Positions 14,122 to 27,399 of a DNA stretch of 64,000 nt are shown here, piece by piece. The translations under genes were made by a program, and so were the position numbers. Each line of letters begins with the position of its first letter. The first letter of the stretch is position 1. The notes under the pieces were generated by a model. That model saw only the letters and a list, made by a program, of their open reading frames with translations. It did no database searches and was not told the origin of the DNA. This DNA comes from Mizuhopecten yessoensis (Eukaryota): the NCBI RefSeq assembly GCF_002113885.1, contig NW_018406397.1, positions 1,845,517 to 1,909,516 of the forward strand, written 5' to 3'.

Positions 14122-14530
14122 GGTTTGGTTGGTTTAGTATTGTTTAACGTCCTATCAACAGATATGGTCATTTAAAGACGGCCTCCCATGTGTGCAAGAT
14201 GCATGCGTGTAGTGTATTCGTATGTGTTCTCGGTGGCTGCGATATGTTCGTGTTTGTCTCCTTGTGATAGCGCGGAACTGGTGCCGACTTTATAGTGCTA
14301 CCTCACCAAAACATACTGCCGATGACACCCAGCAGGACACTCCACCCGGTTACATTATACTGACAACGGGCGAACCAGATGTCCCACTCCTAAATTGCTG
14401 AGCGTTAAGCAGGAGTAGAAACTACTATTTTTACAGACTCTGGTATGTCTCGGGGCCAGAACCCAAAGCCTTCCTCACAGGGAACGCTCAGCTAAAGTGA
14501 GGCATTGTCAAGGGAGACATTAGGAAGAGG
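14122..14530 (-). mobile_element. SINE (possibly Meta-type core) with (AAACC)n tail
   Basis: Minus-strand 3' end ...ctgttgataggacgttaaacaatactaaaccaaccaaacc; central gtcagtataatgt/gcactataaagt core typical of mollusc SINEs. Confidence 0.6.
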
Positions 14531-15078
14531 TAAGTTGTTTGTTTCAAATTATATTTCCCGAAAGCGGTACAATTCCTATATTTTAATGGAATAATTGTTC
14601 ACAATTCCCACGTCTTCTCCATTAAACACCTATGGGTGGTTTCTCCGCGACAAGATTAACAGCTCATGAATACTTAAGTGAAAACTAAAAAGCATTTAAG
14701 AACAACACACTATCACAAATGATTATCTATATTTTCATGGTTACACATGCACTTATTTCTTCAGTGTATGTAAATTTGCGGAAATGTGTGCCACAAAAGT
14801 CGGCTTTTGATGCATAATACAGCTAAGGGCGTCTGTCAATAAACATGTATATTGCCAGACATCTGATTTACCATAGCTACAGTGAATCTGCAGATAAGCG
14901 CTATCTTTGGCAGAATTTGAGTGACTATCAAAGTTAAACTAGATTTTTATATCTTACTTTCCTATATGTAGAAACATTCTTTAGTTAACACATGGAAAAG
15001 GTAAGTTTTTCGAGTTTATTATCTTATATTGTCGGGACTCATCATGGACATGGACAAATTCACGTGACTGCCACGAAT

Positions 15079-18000
15079 AGACGTTTTGACTGTTCGCGCC
15101 GCCATGTTGGGTCAGAGGTCAAGCAGTTAAACTTTTGTAAACAATATGGCGGTGCTCGCACTCGTGGCGATTGAGCGCTGTTAAATCTTGACAGTTTATG
15201 AACGTATTTGCCTAGAACATTGTTTACCAATGTGGGGAAAAGATGCAAACAACTAACCTACCTACTATTCCGTCTAAAGACGACATTTTAAATCCTTATC
15301 ACTCGCAATAGCATAAGTTTACAAGCGTGACCCCTTGGCCTGGTAGGCCTGTACTACGGATGGCCTGACGACGAAAAGTGCGGAATACATCAATGTATAT
15401 ATTTTATATAATCAAACTCACTTATTTTTTAAAAGCCTACCTATTGATACATGCAGCGTTGTTGAATGACTACAACAGATAAAGCCCAAGAGCGAGCAGT
15501 TCTACTGTGGATGACAAAACGAGCATATGAGTATATTGTAGCCGCGATAACGTAGCTTTCCTGCGACGAGATATTTTTGTTTATATATTGCGCCGACCGG
15601 GGCAAAGGATGCCGGGTTTTGATATAAGTACTAGCATATGAAGTGCTGAACCCTTTTTTTTTTTTTTTTTTTTTTGATTGTCAAACAAAGATTATTAGAT
15701 AACCAGTATCCAATAATTGTTATATCGTTAATAAAATATTCAAGTTTTGGGTGGTAGATAGTAGGAAAATAAAGGAAAACATATTTATTAATTATAAAGA
15801 CTCCCATACTATCATTTGTAATTGTTATATTTAATACTGAACACATTATATGCAGAAAGATGACTCCCTTAAGGCTTCTGCTCCTTTATAGCTGGGCAAA
15901 TCCATGTATCCCCTACAGTGTCATGTCCTGGGACATATATATGCATCATACACACATTGTGTCACAAACATATTTTTAGTGTGATGCACTTCTTGTGCAA
16001 TTATAACTTTAATTGGTTTTGTGTTTCCTGCATTTTACCTGACAGCTTAATGTGATAGACCGGTGTGAATGTAAAATATTACAGATCACACAATTACACA
16101 TGGACGTTATTTATCGATTTATCAAATCTTTGTATTGATTGAGACATATTCAAACAAAGTAGAGAATTTCCTATTTGCTTTTATACCAGTAGTACTAATT
16201 GAATCTAGATTGTTGTCTTATTTACAGTCATGTCATTTTTACGTTTGATTTTCTTTTAATTTTCTTTTAGATAATTCAACTTAATTTCAATACATCCTCT
16301 GAAAGGAACTTGATGGTCCTCCATTTGTTATGTGTGCGAATTTGAAATTTACTTGTTGCAGTTTAATTCATAGGTCCGTTCGAAGACAATCAGCAAAGGG
16401 AATCCTTTGATTGCAGCAGTTCACACTTGGTCTTCATCTTTTAATCATTATGACAAAAATATCAGCCATTTTCCAAGAGTTGCAACATATTTCACACCAT
16501 CAAAGAGAATTATCTGATATTATATCTGACAAGTGTTTCATTTGACGGAATTTGATGGAATTTCATTTCATACAAGAGTCATACTCAGAAATAAAATTGT
16601 ACTGCAATGATTTTGTATGGCAAAGAACAAAATGGCATTGCTAAATAAAATAATCTGAATAACTTGTCATATATCAAAATAAAACAAGTCAAGACATATG
16701 TAGAAAAATAGTGTTAGATGATTATTTAGAAACATACAATGATTTTGCAGAATTTGAATCTGTTTCAATGTGATATAATTATAACCAACCCCAGAAACAT
16801 CTCATTGTAAAAATAATATTAAATGTATGAAATTAAGAATAAGAATGGTTAAAATGCATTGGTGCAAATGCTTTATAAAGTACACAGTCCTCGACCAGAA
16901 ATGACATTACACATTACACATAATTATGGCTATAAAGTTTAAAACTTAAAGGACCTCCGGTTAGCGCCTGATGAGGCTTGCTTCCGTAGGCTCCTGACAA
17001 ATTTTGTGTTTTTCACGAATATACTTATTTACCAACACTGAAGTTTTGGAGAGATTTGTCGTCGCCATAGCCTTCGCTATCATTGCTATGCCGATGACAC
17101 ACAAATTTACATGGTCATAAAACCACAGGACAGTTGGAATACAGTCTCAGAAAGTCTGGAAGCTTGTCTACATGCTTAAACATATCAGGAAAAGACGGAA
17201 CTAATCGTCTTTCCCCCAAAGTATCAGCAAACAATGGCTCTCCAGCTCAAGGTTAGTGCAAGAACCATTGAGACTGTTCCAGCTGTTAAAAACCTAGGGG
17301 TATACTTTGACAGTTCTCCGAACATGGAGAAACAAGTGAACGCTATTACCAAATCCTGTTACTACCAGATCAGGAACATCGGCTGTATTTGGCAGTTTCT
17401 AATTGCAGATGCATGCAAGATTTTGGTGCATTCACTTGTTACCTCTCGGTTAGTGCATTGCATTGGCCACGAACTAATTTTTATAAGAAATATTCTGGTG
17501 TATAACAAGAGGTCTTTAGAAGATGGTGATGATGATGCCAATGAGAAAAACTAGCATGTGTGTTTGTGCATGTGAATATGTACTAATGACATGTTTACGT
17601 ATTATGCAAAATCTCTGAAAAATAAACAATTACAAACGAATGTCTTCAAAAAGCTGGATTTGATTAACAATTTGTCTTGGATGAAGAAAATGTCTTCTTT
17701 TTTTTCTCCGGACAGCCATTGGTGAATTTATCTTTCATCCACATCTATATTTGTGATTAGTATTATTTGTGTGACATACAAATGAAATAATGAAGTGAAA
17801 CCACTTGGAAGCTGCCACTGTTCTTTGAAAATTATTAATAGCACCTACCTTGAATGTGAAAAGCAATTCAATTTGTGCATTTATGCACTGTTAAAACAAA
17901 GTAGGAATAAAATATACAGTCATAATGTATCCTTTTTATAAACCATTTCCACCTATGCAGTTTACCAATATTTATTATAAATTTCACACATTCAATGTAA

Positions 18001-19732
18001 TCTTTACCATTAGATGCTTCTAGGGTTGGTTATATCTCCATTGAAACATAATCAAATCCTAAAAATGCATTATTTGTTTCTAAATAATCATCTAAAAATA
18101 TTTTTCTACATATGTGTTGACTTGTTATTATTTTGAGGTTTGACAAGTTATTCAGATTAATGTGTTTAACAATGCCATTTTGTTCTTTGCCATACAAAAT
18201 AATTGCAGTGAAATATTGTTTTTAAGAATGACTCCCCATATCTTGTATGAAAAGAAATTCCATCAAACTGCATCAAATAAAAATCTTGTCAGATATAATA
18301 TCAGATAAATCTCTTTGATGGTGTGAAATATTGTGTAACTCTTGGAAAATTGCTGATACATTTAGCATTTTAATTTATATTCCCAATCAAAGATGTAGAC
18401 AAAGAGTGAAGTGCTGCAATCAAAGGATTCCCTTTGCTGATTGTCTTCTAACTAACCTGTGAATAAAGCTGCAATAAGTAAATTTCAAATTCGTACACAT
18501 AAAAAATGGGGACCATCAAGTTCCCTTCAGAACAAGTATTGAATTTAAGTTGAATTATCTAAAAAAGGAAAATTTAAAAGAAAATCAAATGTGAAAATGA
18601 CATGACTGTAAATAAGACAACACTCTAGATTAAATTGGTACTACTGATATAGAAGCAAATAGGAAAATCTCTACTTTATTTGAATATGTCTGAGGCTAAA
18701 TAACAACATCAAATCAATATAAAGATTTGATAAATCCATGATTAAAGCCCATGTGTAATTGTGTGATCTGTAATGTTTTACATTCACACCGGTCTATCAC
18801 ATTAAGTGGTCAGTTAAATGCAGGAAACACAAATCCAATTAAAGTTATAATTGCACAAGAAGTGCATTAAACTGAAAACATATTTGTAACTTTCGACCAG
18901 CTGTAAAGGAGTAGTAGCCTGTAGGGAGTCATCTTTCTGCATATAATGGCCTCAGTATAAAATATAACAATTACAATTGGTAGTTTGAGAGTCATTATAG
19001 TTAATAAATTATTTTTTCTTTATTGTCCTACTATCTACCAACAACAACTTATTTTATTAACGATATTACAATAATTTGATACTGGTTATCTATAGGAAGA
19101 GACGTATAAGGCTTAGCCTGTTGTCTTATCCCTTTGTTTATAACATGTACTGTTATATTTCTTCTGTAATACTTGTAATTATCTTTGTTTGTGTTGACAA
19201 TAAAATATTTTGAAATGAAATAAATGATTCAGCACTTTGCAAATAGATATGGTTAACACCTCATATGCTAGTACTTATTTAAATACCCGGCCGGCGCAAT
19301 ATATAAACAAAATTTCTCGTTGTCCGAATGCTACGTTATCGCGGCTACAATGTACTCATATGCTCGTGTTGTCATCCACTTATCTGTTGTAGCCGTTCAA
19401 CAACGCTGCATTTATCGATAGGTAAGCTTTTGAAAAATTAGAAAAGGAAGTGACTCTGAATGAATAAAATATATATATTGATGTTGTCCGCACTTTTCGT
19501 CGTCTAACCATCCGTAGGCCAAGGGGTCACGTTTGTAAACTTATGATATTGCGAATGATTAGGATTTAGAATGTCGTCTTTAGACGGAATAGTAGGTAGG
19601 TTAGTTGTTTGCATCTGTTCCCCATGTTGGTAAATATTGTTATAGGTAAATACGTCCTTAAGCCGTCAAGATTCAAAGGTTTAACCACTAGACCTCTGGT
19701 GAAAGATGGCGCCGGGAACAGTCAAAACCTCT
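15079..19732. mobile_element. Large palindromic (foldback-like) DNA element with ~1.8-kb inverted arms and AT flanks
   Basis: 15079-~16880 aligns as reverse complement to ~17935-19732. Ends read AT|AGACGTTTTGACTGTTC ... GAACAGTCAAAACCTCT|AT. Confidence 0.75.
17040..17452 (+). mobile_element. Degenerate LINE (L2/CR1-group) reverse transcriptase fragment
   Basis: Translates to HSLRYHCYADDTQIY (RT YADD motif), then VKNLGVYFDS..MEKQVNAITKSCYYQIRNI..LVHSLVTSRL, with stops and frameshifts. Confidence 0.85.
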
Positions 19733-20298
19733 ATAACCTTGGGCAACCCCAATGTCATGGATTTTATGGAATGACATACACTAATATACAAACACCAGAC
19801 GAACTAGTTTAAAGACATAGTTAATAACGTTTAAAGATGATATACAATAAATAAGGTCAGTTTACCTGTACTAGCTGCATCCAAACACATATAATACAAT
19901 ATGTACCGTAGGTGAAAACATTAGGAACATTCGGAACACCTTGAGTTTTTCTACTCACCACGAAAAAGGCCCCGAGTTCCGGATAAATGTAAATAAGCTA
20001 TCGATAAAACGTGAAATTACAGTATGTATGTGTCATGTTTATCCATTACACACGCTATCCTTGATCACCAAGGTCACCTGTTACACCTGACAGATTTTAT
20101 GAACATTAAATAAGAAAGAATGTCTACAAAACGTGATTAATTTAATTCAACTACCGTAAACCATTATTACTCAAAATGATGTTTGACTCGTTATGGTTTA
20201 AAGTGCTAACTATCTTGTTCTGTGTGAGATGAGTCGTCATTAGGGTTTTCCGTCCGTGTCTTCTGTCAGCTGTATTTCTCCTGTCCGGCATGGTTCCT

Positions 20299-21991
20299 CG
20301 TGACCACTTCGTCTCTGACCACTTTATCTCCTCTTATCGATGACCACTTCGTCTCCTCTTATCAATGACCACTTTATCTCCTCTTAGCTATGAACACCTC
20401 ATCTCATCATAACAATGACAACTTCGTCTCCTCATAGCAGTAACCTCTTTATCTCCTCATAGCAATGACCACTTTATCTCCTCATAGCAATGACCACTTT
20501 ATCTCCTCTTATCAATGACCACTGTATCTCCTCATAGCAATGACCACTTAATCTCCTCTTATCAATGATTACTTTATCTCCTCTTAGCAATGACCACTTT
20601 ATCTCCTTTTAACAATGACCACTTTGTCTCCTCTTAGCAATGACCACTTCGTCTCCTTTTAGCTATGACCACTTTGTCTCCTCTTTGCAATGACCACTTT
20701 ATCTCATCATAGCAATGACCACTTTATCTCATTATAGCAATGACCACTTTATCTCCTCTAAGCAATAAGCACTTTGTCCCATCTTAGCAATGGCCACTTT
20801 GTCTCCTCTTTGCAATGACCACTTTTATCTCATCATAGCAATGACCACTTTATATCATTATAGCAATGACCACTTTATCTCCTCTTAGCAATGATCACTT
20901 TGTCTCATCTTAGCCATGACCACTTCGTCTCCTCTTAGCAATGACCACTTTGTCTCCTCTTATCAATGACCACTTTATCTCTTCTTAACAATGACCACTT
21001 CGTCTCCTCTTAACAATGACCACTTTATCTCCTCTAAGCAATGGCCACTTTATCTCCTCTTAGCAATGACCACTTTATCTCCTCTTATCAATGATCACTT
21101 TATCTCCTCTTAGCAATGACCACTGCATCTCCTCTTAGCAATGACCACTGTATCTCCTCTTAGCAATGACCACTGTATCTCCTCTTAGCAATGACCACTC
21201 AATCTCATCATAGCAATAACCACTGTATCTCCTCTTAGCAATGACCACTTAATCTCATCGTAGCAATGACCACTGTATCTCCTCTTATCAATGACCACTT
21301 TATCTCATCATAGCAATGACCACTTTGTCTCATCTTATCAATGACCACTTTATCTCCTCTTATCAATGACCACTTCGTCTCCTCTTAGCAATGACCACTG
21401 TATCTCCTCTAAGCAATGACCAATTTGTCTCCTCTTATCAATGACCACTTTATCTCCTCTTATCAATGACCAATTTGTCTCTTCTAAACAATGACCACTT
21501 CGTCTCCTCTTAGCAATGACCTCTGTATCTCCTCTAAGCAATGACCAATTTGTCTTCTCTTATCAATGACCACTTTATCTCATCATAGCAATGACCTCTT
21601 TGTCTCCTCTTATCAATGACAACTTTATCTCCTCATAGCAATTACCACTTTATCTCCTCTTATCAATGACCACTGTATCTCCTCTAAGCAATGACCACTT
21701 TGTCTCCTCTTATCAATGACCACTTTATCTCCTCATAGCAATTACCACTTTATCTCCTCTTAGCTATGACCACTTAATCTCATTATAGCAATGACCACTT
21801 TATCTCCTCTTATCAATGACCACTGTATCTCCTCCTATCAATGACCACTTATCTCCTCTTATCAATGACCAATTTGTCTCTTCTAAACAATGACCACTTC
21901 GTCTCCTCTTAGCAATGACCACTTTGTCTCCCTTAGCAATGACCACTTTGTCTACTCTTAACAATGACCACTCCTCTCCTCTTAGCAATTC
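20299..21991. repeat. 25-bp minisatellite, ~67 copies (aatgaccactttatctcctcttagc)
   Basis: Directly visible 25-nt period. Confidence 0.95.
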
Positions 21992-22814
21992 CACCGGCTA
22001 ATAAGTGTTTGATTAAGAACAATTGAAGGTAAATTGCGCTGCTGAATGTCTGTCCATTGTAGGATATGTGCCAGCGCCTGCAGTGATGAATGATGTTGTG
22101 ATGTGTTGTAGTTTGCCTACTGCCAAACAGCTGAACTTTACCCAACATCCTTATGCAATCCGTGTCTACAAAAACATATTTGTTATGCATTTGCATACGT
22201 ATGCATGCTGGCTTTGATATCCCAAATTCTCGACATTTCCGTAAAAAGGCAAATGATCCTGGCTTCATTTCGAAATGTTTGAAATAAAAAAAAATATACG
22301 AGTTCAAATTTCATATCCGTTTATATTTCAATTCATAGATATTTTGATAATACATCATTAGTCATGGGGCAATACTTCAAATCTTTAAACCATCTCTAGT
22401 ATCCTTGATCAGAGTATGTGTATAAATATATCACTTAGGTTAACATATTCTCCTTTTACTTTCTGCCGTCGTCTTACCTTCTTTTTCTTTCATCAGTCGT
22501 GAATAAAGTAACAACGCATGTATAAGTTTGTCTTTCTAGTCCGTTCTTGAGTAAAGATTATTAATTTTATAAATGAGTAAGGTTTATGGTCAAAGGGAGA
22601 TAATCGGCAGTTAAACATTGAATTTGGCATGGGATAGCAAAGAAAGACAGCACCTGTTATTTATATATATAAGTTAATATGTTTTACGTATGAGCGTAAA
22701 AGTGGAGGTTAAAAGGCTTTGAAATACTTCAGTCAATTGCACCAACACATTACCATTCTATTTTTAGATGGTTTCATACAAAACTGTATGTCCACCTAAG
22801 CTTATTATAAATAT

Positions 22815-25800
22815 TTAAATGATTCCATAATCACTATAACCCATCACACCTACTTACTGCTGGTCCATCTTTAAATGATACTATAACCACTATAACTCAT
22901 TACACCTACCTACTGCTTATCCATCTTTAACTGAGTCCATAACCACTATAACTCATTACACCTACCGACTGCTTATCCATCTTTAACTGAGTCCATAACC
23001 ACTATAACCCATTACATCTACCCGCTGCTGGTCCATCTTTAAATGATTCCATAATCACTATAACCCATTACACCTTTCTACTGCTAGTACATCTTTAACT
23101 GATTTCATAACCGCTATAATCCATTACATCTACCTACTGCTGGTCTATCTTTAAATGATTCCATAATCACTATAACCCATTACACCTACCCACTGCTGGT
23201 CCATCTTTAAATGATTCCATAAACACTATAACCCATTACACCTATCTACTGCTAGTACATCTTTAACTGATATCATAATCACTATAATCCATTAAACCTA
23301 CATACTGCTGGTCAATCTTTAAATGATTCCATAATAACTATAACCCATTACACCTACCCACTGCTGGTCAATCTTTAAATCATTCCATAACCACTACAAC
23401 TCATTACATCTACCCAATGCTGGTCATTCTTTAAATCATTCCATAATCACTGTAGCACATTACACCTACCCAATGCTGGTCCATCTTTAAATGATTCCAT
23501 AACCACTATAACCCACTACACCTACCTACTGCTGGTCCATATTTAAATGATTCCATAACCACTATAACCCACTACACCTACCTACTGCTGGTCCATATTT
23601 AAATGATTCCATAACCACTATAACCCATTACATCTACTCACTGCTGGTCCATATTTAACTGACTACATAACCACTATAACCCATTACATCTACCCACTGC
23701 TGGTCAATCTTTAAATCATTCCATAACCACTACAACTCATTACATCTACCCAATGCTGGTCATTCTTTAAATCATTCCATAATCACTGTAGCACATTACA
23801 CCTACCCAATGCTGGTCCATCTTTAAATGATTCCATAACCACTAAAACCCACTACACATACCTACTGCTGGTCCATCTTTAAATGATTCCATAATCACTA
23901 TATCCCACTACACCTACCCACTGCTGGTCAATCTTTAAATCATTCCATAATTACTGTAGCACATTACACCTACCCACTCCTGGTCAATCTTTAAATGATT
24001 CCATAAACACTGTAACCCATTACACCTACCCACTGTTGGTCAATCTTTAAATGATTCCATAACAACTATAACTCATTCCATCTACCCAATGCTGGTAAAT
24101 CTTTAAATCATTCCATAACCACTATAACTCATTACATCTACCCAATGCTGGTCATTCTTTAAATCATTCCATAATCACTGTAGCACATTACACCTACCCA
24201 CTCCTGGTCAATCTTTAAATGATTCCATAACAACTATAACTCATTCCATCTACCCAATGCTGGTAAATCTTTAAATCATTCCATAACCACTACAACTCAT
24301 TACATCTACCCAATGCTGGTCAATCTTTAAATCAGTCCATAACCACTATAACTCATTACATCTACCCAATGCTGGTCAATCTTTAAATCATTCCATAACC
24401 ACTATAACCCATTACACCTACCCACTGCTGGTCAATCTTTAAATCATTCCATAACCACTATAACCCATTACACCTACCCACTGCTGGACAATCTTTAAAA
24501 CATTACATAACCACTATAACACATTACACATACCCACTGCTGGTCAATCTTTAAATGATTCCATAATAACTATATCCCATTACACCTACCCACTGCTGGT
24601 CAATCTTTAAATCATTCCATAACCACTACAACTCATTACATCTACCCAATGCTGGTCATTCTTTAAATCATTCCATAATCACTGTAGCACATTACACCTA
24701 CCCACTCCTGGTCAATCTTTAAATGATTCCATAATCACTATAACCCATCACACCTACCTACTGCTGGTCCATCTTTAAATGATTCCATAAACACTGTAAC
24801 CCATTACACCTACCCACTGTTGGTCAATCTTTAAATGATTCCATAACAACTATAACTCATTCCATCTACCCAATGCTGGTAAATCTTTAAATCATTCCAT
24901 AACCACTACAACTCATTACATCTACCCAATGCTGGTCAATCTTTAAATCATTCCATAATCACTATAACATATTACACCTACCCACTGCTGGTCAATCTTT
25001 AAATGCTTCCATAATCACTATAACCCATTACACCTACCCAATGCTGGTCAATCTTTAAATCATTCCATAATCACTATAACATATTACACCTACCCACTGC
25101 TGGTCAATCTTTAAATCATTCCATAATCACTATAACATATTACACCTACCCACTGCTGGTCAATCTTTAAATCATTCCATAATTACTGTAGCACATTACA
25201 CCTACCCACTCCTGGTCAATCTTTAAATGATTCCATAATCACTTTAACAACCCATTACATCTCCCCTCTGCTGGTCAATCTTTAAATGATTCCATAATAA
25301 CTATATCCCATTACACCTACCCACTGCTGGTCAATCTTTAAATGCTTCCATAATCACTATAACCCATTACACCTACCCACTGCTGGTCCATCTTTAAATG
25401 ATTCCATAAACACTGTAACCCATTACACCTACCCACTGCTGGTCAATCTTTAAATCATTCCATAACCACTATAACTCATTACATCTACCCAATGCTGGTC
25501 AATCTTTAAATCATTCCATAACCACTATAACTCATTACATCTACCCAATGCTGGTCAATCTTTAAATCATTCCATAATCACTATAACATATTACACCTAC
25601 CCACTGATGGTCAATCTTTAAATGATTCCTTAATCACTTTAACAACCCATTACACCTACCCACTGCTGGCCAATCTTTAAATGATTCCATAACAACTATA
25701 ACTCATTCCATCTACCCACTGCTGGTCAATCTTTAAATCATTCCATAATCACTATAACATATTACACCTACCCACTGCTGGTCAATCTTTAAATGATTCC

Positions 25801-26127
25801 ATAATCACTATATCCCACTACACCTACCCACTGCTGGTCAATCTTTAAATGATTCCATAATCACTATAACCCACTACACCTACCTACTGCTGGTCCATAT
25901 TTAAATGATTCCATAACCACTATAACTCATTCCATCTACCCAATGCTGGTCAATCTTTAAATCATTCCATAACCACTATAATTTATTACATCTACCCAAT
26001 GCTGGTCAATCTTTAAATCATTCCATAATCACTATAACATATTACACCTACCCACTGCTGGTCCATCTTTAAATGATTCCATAACCACTATAACCCACTA
26101 CACCTACCTACTGCTGGTCCATCTTTA
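22815..26127. repeat. 56-bp minisatellite, ~59 copies (atgattccataaccactataacccattacacctacccactgctggtccatctttaa)
   Basis: Directly visible 56-nt period with recurring variant units. Confidence 0.95.
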
Positions 26128-27399
26128 GATAAGCCGGTGGAATGCTGCATAAGTTGAAACTAGCAGATTCTGTCACATTTGCTCTTATTTCTGTGTGTAA
26201 TTGATGAAAGGAAATATGAAACTGCAAACATGTTATTTCAAAATAATATTCAATCAGCTTTACCTTATTCTAAATGTACATACGATGTTTATCAATGCGG
26301 TCATCGCATCTTCATGCATATTATTTCAATTATGGTATGCAATAAAGATAAATTTAATTGTGATGTTTGACTTTGCATATTTTCCAGATAATGTAGTGTT
26401 GATAATATGTTGTGAAAACTGCATTAGTTGATTAATGTAAGTTATTTCTATCATATCTGGTCTAACTTTATAAATGTTGGGACTACATGACAAAATAGAA
26501 AATATCCACTGGAACCATTCCTCGGCTTTTACGTGGGTTTTTAAAAACCTTCAAGTGCTGATAAAATATCAAATCTATATTTCCGGGTATATCAAGGCAC
26601 ACATGTTATGACGATGTTAAGGAACAAAATATGAATATGAGATTGTAGTTTATAAAAAAAAAATCCAAGATTTTTTTTAACTTGTAACTTAGGTCGCCAT
26701 GACAAGGGGATTCCAATAAAAAAAGTAGTTCTGGCTAGTAAGTAAATACAACATTAGAACGTTGTATTTCATGGTCTGAAAATTGCTTGTATAACAGGTA
26801 TGTGATAAAATTAAGTATACAACGCTCATATTAGCACTGTTGTATCTACTCTCTCCACAAAGAGAGATGCTTGCTCACTGTCTCTCTTATTTCTTATACA
26901 TACTGAATGTTATTCACAGTCATGGGTTGTAGTGTTATTGGGCTAATGATAAGACGTAATGTATAAAAGGTCATAATATGCACCAGTGTTAACAGAAGCG
27001 TGTGTAAGCATTACTTATTTTCACTCAATGCGTTTGCTATGGAAACCGAATGTCCTCAAACTTATAACATTGATCCGAAAAGCTGCATGTCTTTACCGTA
27101 CTTACATGTACTTACCTGTACGTTTTAGTGAAACAAATGATAACGACTAAGTAATCCAGAAAAGACTTCAACGTATGGGAAAATATGCCGATTTATTTCC
27201 TTGAAGTTGTAAGTATACATTTAAACGGATAAACATGATTTATTTATTTATACCTTCGTCGACACGCATGAAACAGTTTATCCCAACGGGACTCCATACC
27301 CGATCTCGAGAAGTCTATGTAAACACACGACTGTACTTACTGGGTCACATATAAGTTATCGTCTGCAGGGTACAGTATTAGTCACTTCTAGACACCAAC

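Noticed and set aside
20299-26127. CRISPR-like array or coding repeats
   Set aside because: Units are head-to-tail with no unique spacers, the context is eukaryotic, no cas genes are present, and the frames have frequent stops.
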